64,000 nt of DNA. It comes from Octopus bimaculoides (Eukaryota). Position numbers and translations under genes: made by a program. The notes under the pieces were generated by a model. It saw nothing but the letters and a program-made list of their open reading frames with translations. It ran no database searches and had not been told where the DNA came from. The stretch spans positions 64,745,377-64,809,376 of the forward strand of contig NC_068982.1 in the NCBI RefSeq assembly GCF_001194135.2, written 5' to 3'. Of this stretch, positions 24,920 through 34,892 are shown in pieces (the stretch's first letter is position 1; each line of letters begins with the position of its first letter).

Positions 24920-26564
24920 TAAGTACTGTGAATTTTCATTCTACAAAATGGCAGACAATTCCATGAATATTTTACTGGGCAAAGTGTGTGGGTGGGTGTA
25001 TATATATACTCTTGCCATGTGTACCAAACAGATATGAAGAGTTCTGTAATAGCTGGCTGCAAAGGAAAATCCTGCATGTATTGTTAGTCAATCAACAAGC
25101 AATTTAAAAGCACTAGCTGGCCTATTTGTTCCAAGCATAAAACAAAAACACAAAGTTTAAGGGAGTACATATGAGTATATATATAGTGTATCTCTCTCTC
25201 TCTCCCTCCCTCTCTCACACACACAGACTAACTTGTGTGCAGACATGTACACATTCATCTATTCTGTATCAGTATTGATAATGGGTGCATCAAAATTATA
25301 TGACAGTGATGTGCCTTTCTGTCTGTGTTTGTCTCCCATCACCACTTGCCCCAGTGTTGGTGTGCTTTTCCCCCCGTAACTTAGCAGTTCAGCAAAAGTG
25401 ACTGATAAAATAAATACCAGGTTTAACAAAAAATTAAGTATTGGGGTTAATTTATTCAACTAATTAAGTTGAAGTCATTGGCCCAACATGGCTTCTATTT
25501 AATGACTGAAAAAAGTAAAAGAAAAAGATGATATAATATATATATATATAAAACAAATTAAAAAGGATGGCTTATTAGCAATTAGAACCTAAAGGCAAAA
25601 TTAATAGAAGTCACAAGAGTGACAGAGGGTATTGACTAGCACTACTTTTGCTAAAGATAAAGAGTTAAACTAACTCAGCCACAAATGCACTATCTTAAGT
25701 GACTGGCAAAGGGAGATAAGTCCCTAGCGCACATATCCAGATCATGGTTTCAGATTTTGATGTAGATCATTAAGATGTAGACAATCTTAATAGTCTACAT
25801 TAAAATCTGAAATTACAATCTGGTAGTTGGCTGGGGACTTACCTCCCTTTGTCAGTCACTTAAGACTGCATTTTAACTCTTGTCTTTAGCAAAACAGGTG
25901 CTAGTCACTTTTTTGGTGGCCTCTCTTAATATGTGTGTGTCATCATCATCGTTTAACATCTACTTTCCATGCTGGCATGGGTTGGACAGTTTGACTGAGG
26001 ACTGGCAAGCCAGGAGGCTGCACTAGGCTCCGATCTAATTTGGCAAGGTTTCTATAGTTGTATGCCCTACCACTCCGCGAGTATAGTGGGTGTCTTTTAC
26101 ATGTCACTGGCACAGGAGCCAGTCAGGCAGCACTGGCATCGACCACGCTCATGTGCTTTTTACGTGACACTGGTATGGGAGACAATCCGGTGGCACTGAC
26201 ATAAACCACACTTGGATGGTGCTTTTTATGTGCCAGTCAGGTGGTGCTGGCATCGGCCACGACAACAATTTCACTTGACTCAACAGGTCTTCTCAAGCCT
26301 AGCATATTGCCCGACGATTGAAGGGTACTCTTAAATGGGCTGGTTATGCAACACTAGCATAAGCCATGGCTACAATCTCACTTGGCTTGCCAGGTCTTTC
26401 CAAGCACAGCATGTTTCCAAAGGTCTTGATCGCTTGTCATTGCCTCTGTGAGGCCCAATGTTCAATGGTCATGCTTCACCACCCCATTCCAGGTCTTCCT
26501 GGGTCTATCTCTTCCACAGGCTCCCTCCACTGTTAGGGTGTGTGTGTATATATGTCTATTTGTG

Positions 26565-26603
<39 letters not shown>

Positions 26604-29600
26604 TAGCAGTAAAACCCGTCGTTGATCGGGTAATTACTTTTACTGTTTATCTGGAGCCACATTGAATGTATTATATGTATAATTTACTCCTCCTATATGT
26701 TTGTATTTTTAGAAGAGAAAACTATGTAATAATTGAAGTAGAAGAAAGATCAATATCATTCTTTGTTGGCTATCTGCAAGTCTGTTTGAAGTTTCTTGTG
26801 TTGTTTCTTGCATACAATCTGATGCTTTTCAAAGACAATCAGCTGCAAGTCATGCATGTCTTTTGTCTTCGTTGATGTTCGGTTGCAGATGCATGTCAAG
26901 CTTTCTTTCTCTGTCAGTGGATCTGCAAGTGATGCACATGCCTCACCTTCGTTTTCTGATGCATTTCATGCGTTTGTTTGGTGTTCATTTTGTGACGATC
27001 TTTTTTTTATGAGACATTTTTTTTAATAATAAATATCAGTAAGAGTGAAATGAAATTCAGATGCTATGTTACAGTAATGCAAGGAAAATAGATATATCAT
27101 ATAGAAGAATAGTTTAAGGGAATGAGAAATGTTTTTGATAAGGAATATCAGTAAGTTGTATTGAAATGAAAGTACAAATGATGTGGGAATATCAGTAAGT
27201 TGTATTGAAATGAAAGTACAAATGATGTGGGAATATCAGTAAGTAATAGTGAAATGAATATACAAATGCTGGAGAGTGTCAGTGTTTTTGCTGAAATTCC
27301 GACGCTATATTACAGGAATGCAGGGCAAGGCGTTATGTGGTTGTCTTTTTGTTGGTGTGTTGATTTTCGTTTCGCTGTGAATTTGTGACTGTGTGTGTAT
27401 GGCTTCACTGTCAGATTGTCTCTACTTATGTCAAAGAAATTTGTATATTTATATCTGAACGGAGAATTTAGAAATATAGGTATATCTGAAACATGAATGA
27501 ATATGCGTGTGTGTGTTCTTTTAGAGAAAGAGAGAGACAGACAGATATTAAAAAAATGGTGGTGCTATTTCTTCAGAGTTCTGCTCTACTGGTGGAAGTG
27601 GACAAAACACCCACACTTGTAAATGAGATGGTGTCCCAATTATGTTTTGTGAGACAGACAGAATCTCTCTTTTATATATATAGGTATGTGTATGTATGTA
27701 TATATGTGTGTATATGTAATGGCATCCAGCTGTAGAAACTCTGCCAAATTAGATTGGAGCCTGGTGTAGCCATCTGGTTTCACCAGTCCTCAGTCAAATC
27801 GTCCAACCCATGCTAGCATGGAAAGCAGACGTTAAACGACGATGATGATGTATCTATATATATGTGCTTATATGTATGTATGTGTGTGTGTATANNNNNN
27901 NNNNNNNNNNNNNNNNNNNNNNNNNNNNNNNNNNNNNNNNNNNNNNNNNNNNNNNTATGTATATATTTATATGTGTATATGTATATATTTATATGTGTAT
28001 ATGTATATATTTATATGTGTATATGTATATATTTATATGTGTATATGTATATATTTATATGTGTATATGTATATATTTATATGTGTATATGTATATGTAT
28101 ATATTTATATGTATATATATGTGTATATATTTATATGTATATATATGTGTATATATTTATATGTATATGTGTGTGTATGTATATATACAGTTGTTGGACA
28201 GAATAATGAAAACACCTTAAAATTTTAAACAAATTTATTTTAATATGGAGTAGGACCATTTTTGGCAGTAATTACAGTATGGACTTGTACAAAGTTTGAA
28301 TTGTTTCCAAAGGAATTTTTGTCCATTCTTCAGCTAAAACTCTCCAGTTCTTGTAGTGATGATGGTGGAGGATATCGACTCCTTACTTGTTTTTCTAAAA
28401 TGCACCAGAAATGTTCAATAATATTGAGATCTGAGGACTGTGGTGGCCAGATAAGATGTTTAACTTATGCCATTCAGTAACAACTTTAGCTGTGTGAATT
28501 GGTGCATTATCACCCTGAAAGATTGTGTTTCCCTCTGGAAACAGTTCCACAACCATAGGGTGAATTTGATCAGATAAAATGCTTAAATAGTCTTGACTAT
28601 TAATTCTGCCACGAAGGGAAACCATTGGGCCAGTGGATTTCCAAGATATAGCTCTCAGATCATCACAGATCCTCCTCTGTGTTTAACAGTTGGAAGAAGG
28701 CAGTCTGTGTCAAATGTTTCTTTTGGTTGTCTCCACATGTACACTTAGCTGGTGGTCGGAAATAGGGTAAAGGATGTCTCATCCGAATAAATAACATTCT
28801 TCCACTGCCCTAGGGACCAATTCTGTAAGTTTTTACTCCACTCTAAAAGCTTTGCAGCATTTGTTTTTGAATATAGTAGTTTTCTGATTGCAGCCCTTTC
28901 ATGAAATCCAGCTTTGTGCAGCTCCCGGCAAACAGTTATTTTTTGGATACTGGGTTCTTGAGGTGGTCATTAAGCTCTGCTGTAATTTTGGGAGCTGTAC
29001 TTTTGTGATCTTTTCTATAAGAGTCTGACGGTCCCAATCTGGAAGTTTTGGTTTTCTTACTGAGTTTTGTTTCAACGATGAGGTTTTTCCCTCTTTCTCA
29101 AAGCCTGTCATTCCTTTCGAGACAGTACTCCTTGATATACCAAACATTTCGGCTGTTCTCGTTAGGCTGGCGCCAGCCATACAAGCACCAACAATTTGAC
29201 CTCTTTGAAAGTCCGATATAGATCTGTCATTTTAATTAATTTTAATTACCTTTTTCTGATGATAGCTGAAAAGAAACAGCAAGTTTAGCAAAACATATTA
29301 AACAACACTAATAATGAATAAAAAAAAAATAAATAAATAAACAAGCTTTTGACAGTTTTATAGATATTTCAAAATTATGATGCTAGGTATTTCCATTATT
29401 TTGTCCAACCCCTGTATGTGTGTATATATTTATATATGTGTGTATGTATATGTGTGTGTTTATATGCATGTATATTTTTGTGTATATATGTATATATGTG
29501 TGTGTGTGTATATATGTATATGTATGTATATACCCCAGAAAGAAAGGCCAGCACACTGACATACAAGATTCTCTGGGACAGAAAAAATCCTTATGAGATG

Positions 29601-32600
29601 CAGGTCAAAGGTCTCAAAGTGGATAAATAGGCAACTGAAGGATGATAGCGAGACGTCTATCTTAATACGCATACTTATAGAAATCAGAAACAGGATCAAA
29701 TTCTCACATGAAAAGGACTATAAATTTGCAAAGGAAACAGCTACAATACAATATAAAATAGCACTATTATTCCAAAGGAATGACTCGCTGACAACAGACC
29801 CTGAAGAGTAAGTGAGATACTCAGTGAACAATTTAAAAGTGTCTTCGCTTCCCCTTGGACACATGCAAATAAAAAAAATCCAGCTGAATTCTTTAATATA
29901 GGCAAGTGGTAGGTGAGAGCTGTACAAGCTATGTACAGGGATGCTACCAGTAAGGTGAAGGTTGGCAATGAGTACAGCAAAGAATTCAGGGTACAAGTAG
30001 GGTTTCACCAAGGATTGGTGTTCAGCCTCCTCTTGTTCATCATCATCCTCCAGGCAATAGCAGAGGAATGTAAGATAGGCTGCCCCTGGGAGCTCTGCTA
30101 TGCTGAAAACCTTGCTCTTATAGCTGAGTCACTACTAGAACTAGAGAAGTTCCTTGTATGGAAGCAAGGTGTAGAATCGAAGGGCCTTAGAGTTAACAGC
30201 AAAAACCATAGTATTACTAAGTAGGAAGTCAGACAAATCACAAATCCCTTCAGGTAGATGGCCCTGCTCAATCTGTAGAAAAGGTTTGGGTAGAAACTCC
30301 ATAAGATGCACCCGTTGTAAGCTTTGGACATAAAAGGCGCAACAATATCAGAGGAAGGTTAACAAGGAAACTAGCTTTTGTATGTGAAAGATGCACAGGT
30401 ACAATAAACGCTGAAAATATGCAGAAAATGGACTCATCAACTACCAGGGAAGCAAGCTAGAGGCAGTAGATAGCTTCCATTATCTAGGTGACCAAGTTAG
30501 TAGTGGAAGTGGATGCTCTGAGAGCGTAGTTGTGAGAATAAGATTAGGCTTGGCAAAGTTCAGAGAGCTCTTGCCTCTACTGGCAACAAAGGGCCTCTCT
30601 CTCAGAGTGAAAGGCAGATTGTATGATGCCTGTGTGCAAACAGCCATGCCACAAGACAGTGAAACATGGACTGTGACAGCCGAGGACGTGTAGGCTTGAA
30701 AGAAATGAAGCCAGTATGTTTTGTTGGATGTGCAATGTCAGTGTGCATGTTCAACAGTGTAAGCTTCTTGAGAGAAAAGTTAGGCATAAGAGGCATCAGA
30801 TGTGGTGTGCAAGAGAGACGACTGCGCTGGTATGGCTGTGTGATGCATATGGACAAGGACAGCTGTGTAAAGAAGTGCCAATCTGTAACTGGAGGGAACC
30901 TCTGGTAGAGGTAGACCCAGGAAGACATGGGAAGAAGTGGTGAAGCATGATCTTCGAACTTTGACCCTCACAGAGGCAATGACTAGTGACTGAGACCTTT
31001 GGCGATATGCTGTGCTTGAGAAGACCCGTCAAGCCAAGTGAAATTGTAGTCATGGCTGATGTTGGTGTCTTGTAACTGGCACCCATGTGGGTGGCATGTA
31101 AAGAGCTCCGTTTGAGCATTGGGTCTCAAGGAGGTAAAGTGGCTTAGTTCCTTTCGAGCATTGGGCCTCATGGAGGCAATGACCGAGACCTTTGGCATTA
31201 TGTCATGCTTGAGAAGACCCATCAAGGTGAGCAAAATCACAGTCATGGCAAATGGCACCCTTGCCAGTGGTACGTAAAAGCACCCATTACATTCTTGGAT
31301 TGGTTGGCATTAGGAAGGGCATCTGGCCGTAAAAAACCATGCCAAATCATATTGGAGTCTGGTGCAGCCTTCCAGCTTACCAGCCCTGATCAAACCATCT
31401 AAACCATGCCAGCATGGGCAATGGATATTAAATGATGATGATGTGTGTATGTGTGAATACTGTTGGTTGTAAATTGGTTAGAATAATTGCGTACAAAGTA
31501 ATGTAATTATTGAATAGTTGAATGCAAATTATGTGGTGTATTGTATTACATAAAATTATTAATAAAAACTAGTTTGAGTAAATTTGTAGTGGTGTGTGCT
31601 GTTAAAGTTTGCTAATATGAAAAAATACCTTGGAAGTGAAAATCGCTGTAGAAAAGCCTGGCCTAAAATTTCAGAACCCATATTTTTCTACAGTATAGAA
31701 ATGTATTCATATTTACAAACTTATCTAATACACTGTCTTAGCCAATTATGAAATATTTGGTTAAGCATTCAAAATTACACTCAAATGTAAATCTTGGAGG
31801 TCTTCTTATCTTTTCTTTCTTTCTTTTTTCTTTTTGTTTGTGTTAACGTTTGAAATTGGAACAGTAATCAGGTAGTTTGATACTGTTTTCCTCTCTCCTT
31901 TGGTCAATTTATGTAACAGATTAAATAGAGAATGTGCAATTTCCTTTTCAGAACAAATAGCAGCTAACATCAGTCTGGAGATCAAGAGATTGCAGCGTAG
32001 ACGTCAATTACACTATCAACGAACTAACAGTCCCCCTCCGCAAGAAGTTGGCACTTCGCAGTCGTGTTCATCATCTCTATCTCAAAATACATTCTCACCT
32101 AGCAAGAAAGATACACCTTTGTTCACTTTCAAACAGGTTACTATGATATGTGAAAGAATGCTCAAAGACAGAGAGTCTCAGGTCAGAGAGGAATACAACA
32201 GTGTACTTTCAAACAAATTAGCAGGTGAGACTAACAATGAAGGATTTTACTCATTCTTTGTTGGTTTACTTATCTTTCTCCTTTACATTTTTTCTGACTT
32301 TTACATTGCTATCATAAAGTTTTTTTTTTACTTTATTTTCTTAGCTAGAATTCAAATTTTTCACTTCTTGTATATCTTAGTACATTATAAATTTGAGACT
32401 CAAAAGCATTTTATCAGTACATGTAATGTTCATTTCTGGTACTGTGGTATGCAGCTTCATGATATAAAATTATTGGCATTAACCTAGATATCCAACATCT
32501 TGATTTTGTTTTGCTTATGTATTTGTTTCATTGCCGAGTTATAAATATATCTTGAGTAATCAACAACTCTTACTTGCAATGTCTTCATATTCTGGCATGT

Positions 32601-34469
32601 TGAGAGAGAAAAATTTGTTTTTAACTCTATGAAGACAATTTAAGAAACTTTTGGAGCAGGAATATGACATTAAGTGTCCAAAGATCCAGTCTTTAATAAC
32701 ACAACAGTGCTAATAGCATAATGCTCTGTAAGTTCCTAAATCAGGCCAGGTCTCTGCAGAGTTAATCTTGAATGCTAGCTTATATGTTTGTCACATCCCC
32801 TCAATTCCTTGATGGAGTTCTGCCATGACAGACAGTGTCATCATTTAACGTCTGCTTTCCATGCTGATATGGGTTGGACGGTTTGACAGGAGCTGGCTAG
32901 GTAGAAGACTGCACCAAGCTTCAGTGTCTGGTTTTTATGGCTGGATGCTTTTCCTAACACCAGCCAACTGTGATTTTGGCATTTTTATATCCATCCCTCT
33001 CTATGTCTGATCACAGTTGATTTCTTTTAGAAAGAAAGAGCTGAAATGACACCAGTACAGGACTGGCACTTTATCAATCCTGAAAGGGTGGAACATAGAA
33101 TTGACCATGGCAGAAGTTGAATTCAGAGTCCAGAGAGCAAGAAGGATTATCACAGAGTAATCTGTTTGATGTCATACAGCTCTTTCAGTTGGTCTCTCTC
33201 TCTCTCTTTAAATATATATATTATATATATATATATATATATTAATTGGTACTTTATTCAGCTGTCCTCATCCAAATGCATCACATATCCATACCAATGC
33301 AGTCTTTTTGTTTTTGCACACTACATCTAATTCCTCCTATGCTCAATTTTTCTCTTGGCACTTTTTGTAGTTGTTGTTCATGCACACTCAGATTTCACAT
33401 CCTGTAATAAATGCTCAAATTATTTCATTCAGTCTTCTCAACTCGTCTGCATTCAAGGTCCATGTCTCACTACCATGCAGTATTGCAATCTACCTTTCTG
33501 TCTGAGAGAGATCATTGTTGCCAGTAGCAGTTTCCTGACCTTTCCCCAACCTGTTCATACCCTGGTTGCTATACTTTTAGAACAACTACATAACCTTATA
33601 ATATCTAGGTAACAACAGCTATCAACTACTACTAGTGAGCCATCTAGGCATTTAAGAGAATCTATATCTGGTATATTCAGTGTACTGCCCCAGTGCATCT
33701 ATTACCTACATTCTCTTAGTCTGTCTGTGATTTCATTACACCTATTTGTGTGCAGTGAGTCAATGTATGGAGTTTATACACACTCATTTTCTGCATATAA
33801 GCAAGGCCATTTTTACTTGAAGACAACAGGTTCCATATTTAGCTTCCGTGCCTGTTATTTTCTCAGTGCAGGAATGAATGTCTTACAGCCAGAATCTTTA
33901 AAGGATAAAGATGTCCTCTTTGGTAGAAACTACACATCCAATGGCAAATCAAAATGATATAATGGATTGATACTGTTCTGAAGGTGAAATCCTCTTGACA
34001 GCTAGTTGAACTAAAACCATGTAAAATAAATGTTGGGAGCAGATTTGAGCTTGTGATCCATGTCAAGGGAATTCAATACCTTGTCTACATGGTGATCCCA
34101 TCTTTAAATTATTAACATAAGGTTGTGCAAATTTTAAACTTCTTTAATGAAAGTCCTGCATGTCTCAAGTATTCATCTTATTGGCCTTTCAGTCTGAATA
34201 TTATGACAATAAAACTAATCACTTGCAGAGTTTTAAAAACATGTTAAAATTGTTGATGGCAAAGTTGATATTTTCTATTTACAGAGCAGTATGAAGCTTT
34301 CTTGAAGTTCAATCTTGACATGATACACAAAAGCTTTGGTGATTCGCCCTTTTCTTGTAAGTTTAGTTTTTCATGTCTGTTTATGTTACCTGCAATTATT
34401 TTTCTATGTAACTTGTATAAGGAAGTACTTTACTTTTTTGTTTTTTTTCTCTCATTAGATATTTCATAA
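10918..34469 (+). CDS. akirin: Akirin, complete spliced CDS join(10918..11098,31952..32224,34285..34356,34459..34469), 178 aa
   Basis: The translation starts [15 protein letters not shown], has the PKRRRC NLS, the [16 protein letters not shown]...EQYEAFLKF helix region and a C-terminal SYIS. All introns are GT-AG, phase 1; total 537 nt including TAA. Confidence 0.97.
12150..12240. repeat. (GATA)n(CT)n(TA)n microsatellite
   Basis: Read directly from the sequence. Confidence 0.95.
12245..12355 (+). mobile_element. Degenerate tRNA-derived SINE, family D
   Basis: GCAGAATCGTTAGAGCG...GTTCTGAGTTC...GTCGATAAAA; related copies at 12905-13030 (-) and 53155-53350 (-). Confidence 0.5.
13690..14110 (+). 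mobile_element. Old RTE LINE fragment (post-RT region)
   Basis: Decayed match to 30520-30900. Confidence 0.55.
14491..14635 (+). mobile_element. Young 5'-truncated RTE tail copy inside a (TA)n tract
   Basis: Only 2 differences over about 140 bp from the inverted copy at 24421. Confidence 0.85.
14673..14844. other. Assembly gap (N) in a (TA)n tract; other gaps at about 1711-1734, 27895-27955 and 55461-55470
   Basis: N runs flanked by TA-rich or poly(A) tracts. Confidence 0.99.
16145..17645 (+). mobile_element. Cluster of degenerate family C SINE pieces (16145-16290, 16600-16900, 17420-17645)
   Basis: GGTTCAGTCCCACTGC...CACCTTGGGCAA head and CCAGCATGGCTGCAGTC..AATGACTGAAAC tail. Confidence 0.6.
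19084..19337. repeat. Fold-back (MITE-like) inverted repeat
   Basis: Arms 19084-19184 and 19230-19337 with a 45-bp spacer; the inner ~45 bp is nearly perfect. Confidence 0.8.
19340..19930 (+). mobile_element. Very old RTE fragment (endonuclease-RT linker)
   Basis: Decayed WWxxxV...WK linker motif near 19560-19620. Confidence 0.4.
20718..21130. mobile_element. Family E fold-back element with TTAA-CCCTTT terminus (piggyBac-like MITE)
   Basis: TTAA at 20718-20721 then CCCTTT; 20722-20915 is a diverged inverted copy of 20930-21130. The matching right terminus AGGG-TTAA is seen on another copy at 1076-1083. Confidence 0.55.
21150..22500 (-). mobile_element. Old CR1/L2-like LINE RT fragment, interrupted by SINE A copy 2
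   Basis: ORF 22109-22306 [19 protein letters not shown]...SFADN corresponds to RT motifs PQGS...FADD. Confidence 0.65.
21569..21952 (-). mobile_element. tRNA-derived SINE, family A, copy 2 (full length)
   Basis: 12-bp TSD ACACTGTTACAT at 21557-21568 and 21953-21964; high similarity to copy 1. Confidence 0.9.
22573..22929 (-). mobile_element. RTE tail copy with stem-loop array
   Basis: Reverse complement of the 8000-8378 type sequence. Confidence 0.85.
24421..24586 (-). mobile_element. Young 5'-truncated RTE tail copy
   Basis: (CAT)n then GTTTAACGTCCGCTTTCCATGCTAGC... Confidence 0.85.
25633..25907. repeat. Fold-back (MITE-like) inverted repeat
   Basis: TGACTAGCAC...TTTTGCTAAAGA mirrored by TCTTTAGCAAAA...GTGCTAGTCA; centre ATTAAGAT-gtagaca-ATCTTAAT. 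Confidence 0.8.
25940..26540 (-). mobile_element. RTE 3' end (ORF terminus, 3' UTR and tail)
   Basis: Reverse complement of 7680-8378. Confidence 0.8.
26603..27684 (-). mobile_element. Non-autonomous Helitron-like element
   Basis: 3' end: CCCG-ATCAACGA-CGGG hairpin, 8 nt, then CTAG/T. 5' end: A/(C)CTATATATATAAAAGAGAGATTCTGTCTGTC. Internal charged-repeat coding remnant and a 44-bp tandem repeat. Confidence 0.7.
27142..27270. repeat. 44-bp tandem repeat, about 3 copies, inside the Helitron
   Basis: Units start at 27142, 27186 and 27230 (GGAATATCAGTAAG...). Confidence 0.9.
27721..27850 (+). mobile_element. Young 5'-truncated RTE tail copy
   Basis: GGCATCCAGCTGTAGAAACTCTGCC...GATGATGATG. Confidence 0.85.
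27956..28187. repeat. 22-bp AT-rich minisatellite next to an N gap
   Basis: Unit ATATATTTATATGTGTATATGT. Confidence 0.9.
28188..29414 (-). mobile_element. Tc1-family transposon with a defective transposase
   Basis: TA-flanked TIRs CAGTTGTTGGACAGAATAATG / CAGGGGTTGGACAAAATAATG. Frameshifted HTH (GISRSTVSK), [14 protein letters not shown] and [10 protein letters not shown] motifs. Confidence 0.92.
29533..31443 (+). mobile_element. Longest RTE LINE fragment (RT domains, PHD-like finger, C-terminus, 3' UTR, tail); inactive
   Basis: [13 protein letters not shown]...LCYAENL (decayed QGS/YADD), [11 protein letters not shown]; multiple frameshifts. Confidence 0.9.
31952..32224 (+). CDS. akirin: Akirin coding exon 2 ([14 protein letters not shown]...SNKLA)
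   Basis: Acceptor ttccttttcag; donor CAG/GTGAGA; 273 nt, phase 1-1. Confidence 0.97.
33260..34090 (-). mobile_element. Old RTE fragment in akirin intron 2
   Basis: Decayed reverse-complement similarity to the RTE C-terminus. Confidence 0.45.
34285..34356 (+). CDS. akirin: Akirin coding exon 3 ([24 protein letters not shown])
   Basis: Acceptor ttttctatttacag; donor T/GTAAGT; 72 nt. Confidence 0.96.
34459..34469 (+). CDS. akirin: Akirin coding exon 4 (YIS-stop)
   Basis: Acceptor ttttctctcattag; T+AT ATT TCA TAA completes the SYxS C-terminus typical of akirins. Confidence 0.93.
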
Positions 34470-34866
34470 GAACGCCAATTGATCCTATGGATTTTTGACC
34501 AAGTTATTTTCTGTGAATAGTCATCTGTTGATTCCAGCATATTCCTGATGTTCATAGCTACTACAACAAAGCAACAACTTATTCAACAGTTATTACTTAT
34601 TTTCTATGGATTTCCTTTCAAACATTGGATACAAATCCATTTTTGGACTAAATACAATAATTCAACTGATCAGAATACATTCCTTCCCATGGATGTACAA
34701 GCTATCGCCTTTTTATCTGGATTATGAATCCTCCTGCTTAACAAATGGTGCAACAAACCTTGGATTTTCTGAAGACTTTTCTGTACATATCAACTTGTGA
34801 CTTAGTTACTTCATTCAACATACTGTAGACTTTATATTTTAGTTGCTCACTTGAAATTATCTGCCA

Positions 34867-34892
34867 TGTAAATAAAGAAAGGTATAAATAAA
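34867..34892 (+). terminator. Likely proximal akirin polyadenylation signals
   Basis: AATAAA at 34871-34876 and 34887-34892, followed by T/GT-rich sequence, about 400 nt after the stop codon. Confidence 0.6.

Noticed and set aside
27142-27270. 44-bp repeats as a CRISPR-like array
   Set aside because: Head-to-tail tandem copies without unique spacers, in a eukaryotic intron.
27842-28228. Long ORFs rich in Y/I/C/V/M (also at 9740-9994, 13078-13582, 14571-14970, 15109-15486, 29377-29699)
   Set aside because: Translations of microsatellites, minisatellites and N gaps; not genes.
31900-32487. 195-aa ORF as a stand-alone gene
   Set aside because: It is akirin exon 2 plus intronic read-through; the start shown is a non-ATG codon upstream of the real acceptor.
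34677-34683. miR-1 seed match ACATTCC in the akirin 3' UTR
   Set aside because: A single 7-mer is not significant without conservation data.
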